In this document: piece by piece, positions 20,714 through 31,866 of the stretch | Layout of the letters: every line of letters begins with the position of its first letter | How positions within the stretch are numbered: the stretch's first letter is position 1 | Source: Candidatus Bathyarchaeota archaeon | GTDB lineage: Archaea; Thermoproteota; Bathyarchaeia; Bathyarchaeales; Bathycorpusculaceae | Direction: 5' to 3' | NCBI GenBank assembly: GCA_963806535.1 | Contig: CAWDYC010000007.1 | Location: 128,001-192,000 of the forward strand | DNA length: 64,000 bases | Notes under the pieces: generated by a model | Seen by the model: the letters and a program-made list of their open reading frames with translations, nothing else | Told to the model about the DNA's origin: nothing | Database searches by the model: none | Translations under genes and position numbers: made by a program

Positions 20714-21016
20714 TTAAGGCTCAATAGTAAAAAGTGGTTGGGTAGAAGTGTCCTGTTTTTCAAAAGGAATCGATTTAGCAACACGAAGAATACTGCCAAC
20801 AGGACCAGTCGTAACGTAAAGAATTTCAACTTCAGGAAATTGCGTTTCAATTAACTCTGTAATCTTATCAAAATCCTTATTATTCGATTTAAATATGAGC
20901 GCTCTCGGCTTAATCTTTTTTAAACAAACAGTTTCTGAAGCCGAAGAAACTTTCTGCGTCATATCCTCCACTTGGTTGCCTCTTCTAGAAGATAACTCTA
21001 CCTCGGTTCTCTCCAT
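20714..21016 (-). CDS. Hypothetical protein
   Basis: 100-aa ORF with globular alpha/beta-looking C-terminal half; lies in a segment absent from repeat copy B. Confidence 0.55.
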   Translation of the reverse strand: MERTEVELSSRRGNQVEDMTQKVSSASETVCLKKIKPRALIFKSNNKDFDKITELIETQFPEVEILYVTTGPVGSILRVAKSIPFEKQDTSTQPLFTIEP

Positions 21017-21311
21017 AGCCTTTTAGCCCCCCGACTCCGACCAACAACGACAAGACAAAGACCGCTTGTTAACCCGTCTAATAAATTCTTTTTTTTATTC
21101 TCAGCCAGCATTTTCTTCCCAACTGTCACATTTTCTTCTATTCTATGCGAAGGGTTTGCTGAGGCCCTGGACAAACTTAAGGAAGAAAAACGCAAAATGA
21201 AAGCTCTAACTTTCCGCGTAATTTCAACCAAAGCCTACTCAGCCCCCAATTCTTTCACTCAAATTATTTTAGTCCCAAAAAAAGGAAGGGAAATTTGTTT
21301 TGTTGTTGTGT

Positions 21312-24038
21312 TTATGGTCGTTTTCTAAGCATTAAGATGCCGACGATAGCGATCGCAATGATTATGGCGATTACTCCCACGGCAATATAGGTCATAACGT
21401 CAGTTGGTGTTGCAAAGTTTGATTGAGCTGTAGCAGTTGGTGTAGGAGTCGCTGGAGATGAAATTGCTGCGAAAGAAGTTTCTGCAGATGAAGGCCAATA
21501 ACCGTTAGTGCCAACGAAGTTTGCGACAACAGTGTAATTGCCGGGTATATCGGGTGTCCATGTTAAAGTGTACATGCCGGTTGCATCTGTTGCTGCGGTT
21601 CCAATCTTTCTGAAATTATTGTTAGAGTCTAAGACACTGATTGTCACTGGAACGCCTGTAAAGTTGGTTGGAAGCGGTTGCTGTTGGTAAACATAGCCCA
21701 TCCAATCTTTCATGCTAGCATCTGATGCAACAGGAACACCATTTGGAAAATCAGCTGCCTGCTGAGTCTGCTTGGCACCAGCAGAAATGTCAGTAACTGA
21801 ACCTCTAATGACAACGGAAGTGCCGAAAGCTTGCGCAGCAGTTGTAGTTGCGCTGGGTCCTCTGCCAACAACGTAGATTGAGTTGTCATATCCGTTGAAC
21901 CACGTGTTGTAGCCATCAGCCATAGCGTAGCTCATCTCCCCGAATTCAGCGGTGATGCCTGAAATTTGCCATATCTCCTGACCTGTAGTAGCGTTAATCG
22001 CTGTCTGCTTTGCACCTTTGTAGATCGGCGATGTCCAAGTGTGTGCACTGGTAACTGTGTATATTATTCCGTTGCCAATAGCTTGCAGCTGGGTTGGATA
22101 ATCACCGTAAGGATAGTTCAAACCTGCGTTAGTACTGTTGCCTGTCCCACCATTACCATAAGTCCACAGGAGCGTTCCAGTTAAGTCGTTATAGCAATAT
22201 ACTATTCCGCCGTAAGCACTACTGTAAAGATTGCCATAAGCTACCGCACCGGGTAAAGTGCCCTCCGATGTGCTGCCATAGTAGTCAAGGGCTACTTGAG
22301 GTTTAGCTGTCCACAAATACTTACCTGTAGTCAGGCTGTAGCCTACCCACTGAACAGCTTCCTTGTAGTCCTGCATAAAGACGCCGGTCGTCCAATCGAC
22401 TGGGCCTTGTACTACAGTGTAGTTGTTTGCTGGCGGTTGAAGCGTATTCGACCATAGCACCGAACCGACTGCGCCAATTGATGCATTAAGGTTGACAAAG
22501 AAGTATGTGTAGGGAGCTGAGCTATCCCAATAGTAAAGCTCATTTTCACCGTTTGAAGGCATAGTACCATTTATGCAAAGTATCCCATCGCCGAAGTTAG
22601 CTGCAACAACGACGAATGGTACGGCATTGGTGTTGAGATATGGTACCGAAACGTTCCAGTCATAATCGCTTCCCAAACCTCCATTGATTAGGCCTGTGAA
22701 TGTTGGTGCCTCTGCGGCGACTGGCATAAACAGTAGGGAAGAGTTCCACTCGGCAAGGTTCCAATTTGGATTCGCTGCGGTGCCTAAGTTTGCAAAGACA
22801 TAGTCTAAGTAATTACCGTCTGGCCCCATTGCTCTCGCAGATCCTTGGGTCCATGGCGATGGTGGACTTCCTAACTCAGGAGCGGTGTAAACGGGAACGT
22901 TAGTTATGTTGGACAGCCAGTTTCCTGTGTCTCCATCAAAGAGCATCCAAGTCGAGCCGAATGGCTGAGGTACTTGCGAAACTAGTATTGGTGGATTAAC
23001 TCCGTGCTCGTTTGGGGTGTCAACTGATTGGATATATCCGAAATCTAATGCGGGTACACTAGTGCTACTCCAAATTTGCTGTCCTGTTTGTAGGTTAACG
23101 CAGTCTGTGGGTCCATATTTTCCTCCAGGCTCCCAATAACCGGTAGCAGTGAATCCTATTGGTTCTGTGTAGTAGAGCATTCCATCCAGTATTATCGGAT
23201 TGTTGTATCTAATTATGTACGCAGACCCGTCGAAATAAGTGTCTGCCGTAATGCCAACATCGTTTCCACCAACTACTCCTCCAGATTGAAGCGGCTTAGT
23301 CCACATCACATGACTAGTTTGAGACCCTACAGCATCCCCAGGAAAAATCGCCATGCCAGTAAAAGGTCCGGAAAGAGCATCCCCACCAGTATTCATCCAG
23401 CCGCCATAGTTAGGTGAACCTATACCTAGCCAGTTTGACGCAATCGAGTACCAGCCAGTGTTCTCACCGTAAATTGGGCGCGTCCAATAAGCGGTTGGAA
23501 GCGGAGCCCCAGTTAAAGCGTTAGGTATTTGTGTTGTCTGAACTGTAACCGTTGTTGATGCATTCGAAGGCAGAAAAATGTCGTTTGTGTAAGGGTTAGG
23601 TCCTACAGGTAGGCCAGGTCCGAGAGATATTGGGATCGATTGAGTGTATACTTGTCCTGGGAAAGTGAAGGTTAAATTGTATGTGCCGACTTGGCTGGGA
23701 ACAAAGTCAGTAAACTGCGCTGATGTTGGATTGATATTATTAAAAGTCTGCGTTGTTACTGTGCCATCAGGCGCTTTAAGGGTAAACTCGAAGCCGTTGA
23801 ACGCAAGGTTGTTTGTTACCGCCGAGCCATAATAATAGTTGGTTAGCCACAGGTAAACGGATACTTTCTGACCTTCTCCTACAGGGTTGGGAGAAGCCCA
23901 GATGTAGGCATATGTTGGAAGGTTCCATGGTGGTGTATGTGCACTCGCAGATGGCAATAACATCGTTGAAGCGGACATTGAAACCATTAAGAATATTGCG
24001 ATCGCTATAGTGACTATTTTGTTCTCTAAAATTTGCAT
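21312..24038 (-). CDS. Secreted, C-terminally anchored PQQ-like beta-propeller/Ig surface protein (paralog 1)
   Basis: Signal peptide, W-containing propeller blades, Ig-like domain (WTPDIPGNYTV), Thr/Pro linker, TM plus LRKRP tail. Confidence 0.85.
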   Translation of the reverse strand: MQILENKIVTIAIAIFLMVSMSASTMLLPSASAHTPPWNLPTYAYIWASPNPVGEGQKVSVYLWLTNYYYGSAVTNNLAFNGFEFTLKAPDGTVTTQTFNNINPTSAQFTDFVPSQVGTYNLTFTFPGQVYTQSIPISLGPGLPVGPNPYTNDIFLPSNASTTVTVQTTQIPNALTGAPLPTAYWTRPIYGENTGWYSIASNWLGIGSPNYGGWMNTGGDALSGPFTGMAIFPGDAVGSQTSHVMWTKPLQSGGVVGGNDVGITADTYFDGSAYIIRYNNPIILDGMLYYTEPIGFTATGYWEPGGKYGPTDCVNLQTGQQIWSSTSVPALDFGYIQSVDTPNEHGVNPPILVSQVPQPFGSTWMLFDGDTGNWLSNITNVPVYTAPELGSPPSPWTQGSARAMGPDGNYLDYVFANLGTAANPNWNLAEWNSSLLFMPVAAEAPTFTGLINGGLGSDYDWNVSVPYLNTNAVPFVVVAANFGDGILCINGTMPSNGENELYYWDSSAPYTYFFVNLNASIGAVGSVLWSNTLQPPANNYTVVQGPVDWTTGVFMQDYKEAVQWVGYSLTTGKYLWTAKPQVALDYYGSTSEGTLPGAVAYGNLYSSAYGGIVYCYNDLTGTLLWTYGNGGTGNSTNAGLNYPYGDYPTQLQAIGNGIIYTVTSAHTWTSPIYKGAKQTAINATTGQEIWQISGITAEFGEMSYAMADGYNTWFNGYDNSIYVVGRGPSATTTAAQAFGTSVVIRGSVTDISAGAKQTQQAADFPNGVPVASDASMKDWMGYVYQQQPLPTNFTGVPVTISVLDSNNNFRKIGTAATDATGMYTLTWTPDIPGNYTVVANFVGTNGYWPSSAETSFAAISSPATPTPTATAQSNFATPTDVMTYIAVGVIAIIIAIAIVGILMLRKRP

Positions 24039-24644
24039 TTTTATTTTCCTCAATTTTAATTTATTGAGCAAGAATTTTTAGTGTTTTGCTCAACAAGAAA
24101 TCTAATCAACCCTTCTTAATATAATTATTCCAAAACAATATAATAGGGAAATTATATTACGTAAAGCAATATAAAATTTTCTGATAAAATTTAAAATAAG
24201 TATGAACTCGTTAATGTTTTAATCTTTTTTGAGGAATCAAATTTGGAAGCGCTTAACGCTAAAAATCTTCCGCACCCTGTAATCGAGCCGTTTTTTAATA
24301 TTTGTTTGTTGACGCTTGCCTGCTCTCCAATCATGATTTGTGTTTGAAAGTTGATTTATAGTATGAGAGAAAAGAACAGAAAAACACAAAAAAGAGGATA
24401 ATTAATGTGGGTGAAATCTCCTGGCTGAGAGTGCAAATCCCTCAGGTCCATTAGAATCTGCGATTTTTATCGAAGCAGAATTAAGTATTTGATTATGCGT
24501 TTTAGATGAAACATTTCCTCTATTTGCAACTCAACAGGATTTTAGCAGGCACTATTATTTCGATCGTTTCAATGTTGGTTTCTATCGTTTGTTTGTTTCT
24601 TCGACGCAGAAGTTCTTCCAAATCTCGAGTTTGAAATTTTGTTT

Positions 24645-24975
24645 TTGAAGATTTTTCTTCAATTTTTGACGCTTAGGATCTTGGAGAGAGTTTGGATTGG
24701 CGAAAACTTGGGGATGGCTGGTTTGTGTTTTTGTTTTTGTGAAGAAATCACGTGTTTTTGCCGTTTGTTTGCGTGGTTTTGGAAAATAAAATTTCGGTGA
24801 TTGCTCATACTTACGTCGATTGTCTAAAAAACAAATGTCTACCCAACAACACTGCTCTTAGAGAGTAAGCTGTTTAAGACACCACATCTTAAACATAATT
24901 CACCTTTTCTTTGTCAATATGGGTTTGCTGAGGTTCTGGACAAACTAAGGAAGAAAAGAAGGTAAAATGAAAGAA
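24645..24975. repeat. Conserved non-coding element, copy B
   Basis: Matches 20327-20628, then 21152-21203 (GGGTTTGCTGAGG..CTGGACAAACT..AAGGAAGAAAA..AAAATGAAAG). Confidence 0.8.
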
Positions 24976-25293
24976 ATCATTCTTCACCGCAGCTGAAGCT
25001 ACTTTAATCCAAAATCTTCTCAAACCCAAAAAAGGGAGCGTTGTACGGGAGATGTCGCCAAAAGATTGATGTATAAAAACTTATACATTGCCAGCTGAGT
25101 TTATCAGAATACTATAGAGGTTTGAAATTAGGATTTTGATTTAATGATAACGCCGACAGCCGCGGTTTTGAGTTTAACTGAATTAGAAAAAACAAGACAA
25201 GATAACGATTGCTATACAATTTCCGTAAGCAAATAAAACCGGTGTTTGATTTGTTTCAAAAAATAAAAAAAAGAAGGTTTTGGTAGTTTGTTT

Positions 25294-28031
25294 TTATGGT
25301 CTTTTTCTTAGAGTTAGAAGCGTTACTGCAAAACCGATCGCTATAGCAATTATTATTGCGATGCCTACGACTACAACGTACATTTGAGTGGTGTCTGAGT
25401 TAACTGGTTGCGTAACTGAGGTTGGTGCTGTTGTTGCTGCTGCTTGAGTGGCTACAAAGGATGTTTCTGCTGAAGATCCGTAATATGATTGTGAACCAGC
25501 AAAGTTCGCGTATACAGTGTATTTGCCTGGTATGTCGGGTGTCCAGTTATAGGAATATGCGCCGCTTGCATCGCTTGTGGTGGTGCCGATTGTTCTGAAG
25601 TTGTTGTTTGAGTCAAGAACACTTATGGTAACTGGAACTCCTGTAGTGTTTGATTGCATAGGCTGCTGCATGTAAACAGTTTCCATGAATTGGCTCATGC
25701 TTGCGTCAGATACGCATGGTAAACCATTAGGGAAATTCGCTGCCACTGCATCTTGTTTTGAACCAGCAGAGATGTCGGTGACTGTTCCGCTTATCGTTAT
25801 TGGTGTAGAGGTTGTAACGCCAACATTAGGTGCTGTAACGGTTGTTTTGCTGGGACCCATGCCATAGCCGTATATCTGATTGTCGTATGCATTTAGAATT
25901 GGCATGACGCCGTACGCAATAACTGCAAGGCCATCAACGTCGAAAGCATCTATGCTCCATATCAGTTTTCCGGTTGTGCAGTTAATTGCTAGTTGTTGTG
26001 CTCCAAGGAATAATGGTGGACTATATTCATGTCCTTCTTCGAGGAACAGAACGCCGTCAGCAATAGCGCCGTTGGAAAAGACCCAGACTGGCCATATACC
26101 GTAGGGAGTGTTAGTTCCAGCGGATCCTTGAAGTGCGGTTGTATTAGTGTACCAGTTGATATGTCCGTTTAAGATGTCTATAGACCATATGTCTCCGCCG
26201 AAGCCGATAACGAAGAGTGTTCCATTAGCAAGATTCATCATCCAGCCGCCAATGCTATCGTAAGGATTGAAGGGTGTGAGGTTATCTGTCCAAAGAAGTG
26301 CTCCTGAATTCATACTGTAACCCTGAAGAACACTGTTCTGATAGTTTGCTATTGTCCATACTCCGTTGCCGGCAGTCATTTGGTCAGAAGTGCATGAAGC
26401 GCCGCTTTGAGGAACAAACGGGTCAATTGTCAGATTTTCTACCCATAGCTGTTGTCCTGTATCTTGGCTGTAGCCTCCATAAACTGTGTATGGACCTCGT
26501 TCTAGCATGCCTCCGCCTGAAGAATATGAAACAGTTGTAATTACGCCGCTATTGATTGTGTAGACTGCCATAGTCGCTGGTAATGGATTACCCGAAATGT
26601 TAGTTGCTACTGGCGTTGACCACTCTATTCCATAATTAAACGAAATGAGGCCGTTTTGCGGTGGTCTCCAACTCCAACCCGAAGCCATTGCGTTCCAAGC
26701 GCCGTATGTTATGCATTGCGTTGAGTTCCACTCGTTTATCGTGGGTCCATTAGGGGTTCGTGTGCCGACGATTATTCCTCCCTGATTGCTGTAAAGTGTT
26801 TGTGTGCCAGAAGTACCGTTAACGTAGTAGCCCATCAAGTTTCCATCTGTATCTACCGTCCATGTAGGTGAGGTAGCGTTGACAATGCTCAGGATATAGG
26901 TTCCAGTTTTAGCATCAAACATGTTTAATGTAGTTCCAGTTACGTTCATATACGCTAGAGGTGACCCAAGCAGGAGTTCCGGTGGTCCACAGGTATGCGA
27001 GGCCTCCATACTGGTTGGGAGTCACCATATCGAGTACTTGACCGCAAAGTAATGTCGTAGCTAGTCCAGCCGATGATAGAGCGCTATATGATGGAGAACC
27101 GCCACCCCAGTTGTCGCCATTGTCATCCCATACTGTTTGTCCAGTGAATAAGTCTACGCAAAGCAAGTCTGTAGGAGTAGTTGAACTTCCTGGGTATGCA
27201 TCGTAGTAGAGATAGCCGTTTATGATTACTGGAGTGTATTTTTTCTCGTATTGCGCAGTCGCATAGTAGTTGCCGTAAGTAGTTGTTCCGCCGAATTGTC
27301 CTCCGAGTACGCCTCCGAACGCCTCAGTCTTTGTCCAAAGGATGTGAGAGGACATTGGAGCTGTAGTGTACGGATTATAATTGCAGCTGGTATTATACAT
27401 TCCACCATGACCCGTCGATGAACCTAAACCAAGCCAAGCCCCGCCAAGCACGTACCAATTGTTAACGTTCATTGCGTTTATTGGTGTCTGCCAATAGTTT
27501 GTTGGAAGGGGAGCTACTGAAACTCCTCCAACTGGCTCGTCCTGCACTGTCATCGTAGCTATGTTGCTAACAGAAGGTGCATAGATATCGCCGACAAAAG
27601 CGTTAGGAGGCATCCCAGGTTGGGGATTGGCGCCTGCTAACGTTTGTCCTGGAAAGGTCATTTGGAAAGTGTACACACCGACTTTAGTTGGCGTGAATTG
27701 CACATGTGTTCCACCTGTGTCATCAGAGGTAAACGGTCCCAGTGTTTGAGTTGTTTTATCAGGCAATGTAACTATCACGGTCATATTCTGCCATCTATCG
27801 CCAAACGGACCACTTGCTGTTGGCGGCGGCTGGTTTAGCCAGAAGCCAATGTTAACTTCTTGGCCGACGCCGTCAGGGTTATTTCCGACAGTGCAGAAAG
27901 CGATGGTTGGAATGTTCCATCCTGGATTGTGTGCTGAAAGCACCTGGCATTAGAGTCATTGAAACTGTCATTGAAGCCGTCAATAATATAGCAATTAAAA
28001 TAGCCATAATTTTGTTTTTCAGTATTTTCAT
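25294..28031 (-). CDS. Secreted PQQ-like beta-propeller surface protein (paralog 2; two frameshifts)
   Basis: MKILKNKIMAILIAILL signal at 28031 plus ORFs 26915-27943 and 25294-27009; collinear with paralog 1; same LRKRP tail. Confidence 0.82.
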
Positions 28032-28267
28032 TTTTCTTTTTCTTCCTTAAGTTTTTTGTTTATTTGTTGGGTTGAAGATGTGAAAAGTATCCTCCTTACC
28101 CAACGTAGCCATGTTCTAATTCGCGGCAATAAGTAAACTTGCCGTATAACAATTCGCTGACAGAATTAGATTGACAAAATAACGGTTTCTTCAAAAAGAA
28201 CTGGATTTTGGCGTAAATAGAAAAATCAAATATAGTTCCAGCATCATAAACCCAATTGGGAAAAAAG

Positions 28268-29073
28268 ATGTTGCTCGACAATGAAGAGAGCATCGTAACC
28301 CTAAAAGAATTAGGATTAACACTGTCTCAAGCAAGAGTTTACGCAATCGCTTCTAAGTTAGGAAAGAGCCAAGGCAAAAGACTTGTGGCGAGAATCAGGC
28401 GTGGGTAGACAGGAACTTTATAGAATACTAAATGAACTCTCAGAGTTGGGTTTAGTTGAAAGGGAAATATCCACTCCTACGCAATTCAGCACACTGCCAT
28501 TGTCGAAAGGAGCCCTTGTATTATTGAGTCACAAGCGCCACGAAATATCCGAGCTTGAGGCAAAAATTACAAAGAATTGAGTTCAAAAACAGAATTATCC
28601 AATTTTCAGAATCTCAAGAATCCGAGTTTTATATTCTTCCAAGGAAACACTTGATGGAAAAGAGAGGAGAATGCTCTTACAAAAATGCAAAAAAGACCAT
28701 TGAATTCTTTTCTCCATTTGAAAGACTTGCCAGCTGCTTTTCTTACAATCTAAGTACTTATAGTGATCCGGTAGCGAGAGGCGTCGACATGAAGGTAATT
28801 ACCGAAAAGGTAAACACCCGTAAATACGAGCAACTAAAAAACGAAGCAAACACAATATTTTCCAAGCAAAACTTCAGTATAAGGTTTACAACTTCACTCG
28901 ACAACGTAGCATTCTCACTTATTGACAACAATGAAGCTTACTTTCCTTTAAATCCAGGCAAACATATTTTTGAAGACCAATCGCTATGGACAAACAACAA
29001 ATCTCTGATAATGTTGGCTCATAAATATTTCAGTTCAGTTTGGCAGAACGCCTGTGACAGCCTCAGCCAATAA
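28268..29073 (+). CDS. TrmB-family transcriptional regulator (frameshifted)
   Basis: LKELGLTLSQARVY.., RQELYRILNELSELGLVE, C-terminal LIDNNEA..LWTNN; divergent from paralog 2. Confidence 0.8.
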
Positions 29074-29354
29074 TGAACCAAGTATTCTTTTAGTCCATAA
29101 ATCAAACATTAATCTTATTTTGTCCACATAACAATGTCTTGGAAATTATAGTGTGTACAACGTATCGACAACCCTTTATACATTTTATAGTTAATTTCAA
29201 CAGTCTATTACTTACAGAATGCGTTTTTTGTTTAATCTTAACTGATTAGCTGTACAACTGTTGTTTCAAGTACCATTTAGAAAGATTATACATAAGCTTA
29301 ATGTATTACCATTAAGGCGAGAAATTGACAGTTTGCATTTACGATAGTAAAGCA

Positions 29355-29498
29355 TTGGGTGGAAAAGAAGCTGTAAAAGCATTAGATAAATATATCAAAA
29401 GACTTGAAAGAGGAAAAGTTGAAGGATTATCGGAAAAACAAGTCTACTCGTTGATAAAAATAGCCAAAGTACTAAAAAAGACCTTAGCCCAAAAATAA
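29355..29498 (+). CDS. 47-aa basic helical protein
   Basis: MGGKEAVKALDKYIKRLERGKVEGLSEKQVYSLIKIAKVLKKTLAQK (TTG start). Confidence 0.55.
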   Translation: MGGKEAVKALDKYIKRLERGKVEGLSEKQVYSLIKIAKVLKKTLAQK

Positions 29499-29599
29499 GT
29501 TTAAAACGTAGTCTCTTAATTCCTATGCATTTGTAACTCGTGGTCTAAACATAAATTCATAAGGCAAAAGCAGCCATATCGTTAACGAGATGAATTGGT

Positions 29600-30385
29600 T
29601 TGCAATTAACCACTCATGCCGTGTTTGCTTTTGCTGTTGGCTTGATATTTTTTGGTCGGCTTGACGTTGCATTTCTTGTAACTCTTGGAGCGCTTGTTCC
29701 AGACTTAGACAGAGAGTACTGGTTTGTTAAGACAAGAAAATACCAGGATGAACAACCTCACAGAGCAAGATTTCATAACGTCTTTGTAATGGCAATCGGT
29801 TATCTCTTAAGTCCTTTCTTCGCATTAGGAATTTTTCTCCATGCCCTGCAAGACTCTTTCACCACTGCAAAAGATAGAGGAGCAGAATGGTTTTTCCCCG
29901 TTACAAGATGGGTGAAACGCGGAACATTGGACCCAGATGGAAAAAATCAGCCAAACATCGAACCTGGAAAAATATACTTTTATCAAGAAGACCCAACGGG
30001 ACTAGTTGAATATGCTGATCCAGACTTGCAGGAACCAGACAATCAACCCACACCATGGAGAAGAGTCTATGGACCCGCACTCAACGCCTGCCTATTAGAT
30101 CGGGGTTTTCTCTTTGGCTCAATCCTTCTTGCAATAATCTGGTTGATAGCCACTAACTTGTCACATGCTACAATATTCAATATGACTTTATCATTCTACT
30201 ATCCATTCATAGCGGGATTTGCGTTCTTCGGACTTGTTTACCTTGCTGGCGAATTAGATCGCAGAGATAGAAAAGAACCACTCAAAATAATTCCAAAAGC
30301 AATGATTCAAAGAAAAGAAATATTTAAAAAACCAATTTTCGTTGTAGGATTAGTCTTTCTTGGGAGTTTGGCTTGTTTTATATAG
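29600..30385 (+). CDS. Membrane-bound metal-dependent hydrolase (YdjM-like); C-terminus probably continues past a frameshift to about 30520
   Basis: THAVF, LVPDLD, HRARFH, HALQDSFT motifs. Confidence 0.75.
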   Translation: MQLTTHAVFAFAVGLIFFGRLDVAFLVTLGALVPDLDREYWFVKTRKYQDEQPHRARFHNVFVMAIGYLLSPFFALGIFLHALQDSFTTAKDRGAEWFFPVTRWVKRGTLDPDGKNQPNIEPGKIYFYQEDPTGLVEYADPDLQEPDNQPTPWRRVYGPALNACLLDRGFLFGSILLAIIWLIATNLSHATIFNMTLSFYYPFIAGFAFFGLVYLAGELDRRDRKEPLKIIPKAMIQRKEIFKKPIFVVGLVFLGSLACFI

Positions 30386-30629
30386 GCTGGAAATATGGAC
30401 GAATCTTGAAGCACTTTTTGCTAATTGGGTGACGATAGTTCTGGGGGCTGTAGCCGTAACAATAATGGTCATTCTCTTGATAAAAGTGGAAATAGTAAGA
30501 AACAAGAAAAAAGGTATTCCAGTAATTGTGTAGCCGCATTTTTCTCGATATTTTTCTGGCTGAGAAGCGCATATTTGAGTGAGAAAGGATTTATTACAAA
30601 GTTTTACTGAAATAGGCTAAAGGATTTCT

Positions 30630-31758
30630 ATGACTGAATCAGTTGCAGATGTGACCCAGCCGACAGAAAAATCGGCTATGACAAAAAACGCCTTAATGAA
30701 GTATACATTGGTGGCACTTGTTGTTCTTGTCGGAGTATCTGCTCTTCCCTGGTGGCCAACCTCCATAATTCTTGCAGTAGTAGCAGTGGCGGTTGCGGTG
30801 GGAACTGATTATGCTCTTTCTTCGGTAATGAAGACGAAAGGGCCTTTGAACACATTATCTGCTGCAGTATTTGGCTTAATTGTAGCCTTATCGTATACTC
30901 TCTCAAATCCAACTTCATATATTATGGGCACCTACCTAACGCCAGCCTACCTACCTGAACTGTTGCCAACCAAGGCACCTTGGGCATTCGTTTACGTTGC
31001 CATAATCTGCCCTCGTCGGAATGATTGTGTTTAAAAAACTTCAAGGATTACTTGGTAGAAAATACGTTAACCCAGCTGCCGCTGCCAAACTTGTTGTTTT
31101 TACCCCATTTTTGCAAACAGTCCTGCTTGCTTCAGCGCATAAGGATTCAATTTCCTTAGTCGGGCCAATCGGATACAACATAAATATTCACGCCAGCGGC
31201 AGTAACCTATTGTTTGGAGCCTTCGCCGGTGATGTTCAAGCATGCATGGGTAATCTCCCCTCGAGATCTGAAATATTTGCCGTTACACCGACTCAAATGT
31301 TTCAAACCCTTGCTCTGCTGAAGTTTCATGGTTGGACAGGAGGCGCTTCAGCGATTGTCGTCATTATAGTGGGAGTTAGCTTGTTTATCGTTGCAAGAAA
31401 ATATATGAAATGGCGGATTACACTATCTTACCTCGCGACAATTGTTGCGATGTCAGCGATTATGTTTGGCATTTACGGAGGCGATTTACTGTTAAGAATG
31501 GGCTTCGAACTGTTTATCGGCAGCTCAATCTTTCTGGCATTTTTCATGGCAACCGACCCAGCAACTACACCGTGGACATACGTTGGCCAAGTTGTTTTCG
31601 GAGTCGGTTTAGGAGTGTTGACAGTTCTGATTCAAATGTACATGGGCTTTCTGGGTGGTTCCATTCTTGCTTTGATAATTATGAATCTGACTACCCCGTT
31701 ACTTGACAAGATTGGAAACAAAAGAACGTTAATGGTGGCAAGTGCCCCAAATGTCTAG
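30630..31758 (+). CDS. RnfD/NqrB-family membrane protein (frameshift near 31015)
   Basis: SAAVFGL, KKLQGLLGRKYVNPA, FFMATDPATTP, AL(I)IMNL.TPLLD. Confidence 0.8.
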
Positions 31759-31866
31759 GGTGACTGATTCTGCCAATACCATAAAATTGACACGATCATT
31801 TTGCTGTTAGAGAAATACTAAAATTTGGTTTAATAGATACATCATACATTTCGCAAATGAACCTTA

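Noticed and set aside
20300-25290. CRISPR array or IS element in long intergenic regions
   Set aside because: No regularly spaced repeats, terminal inverted repeats, cas or transposase ORFs seen
21312-28031. Diversity-generating retroelement acting on surface proteins
   Set aside because: No reverse transcriptase and no near-identical TR/VR pair with adenine-specific differences
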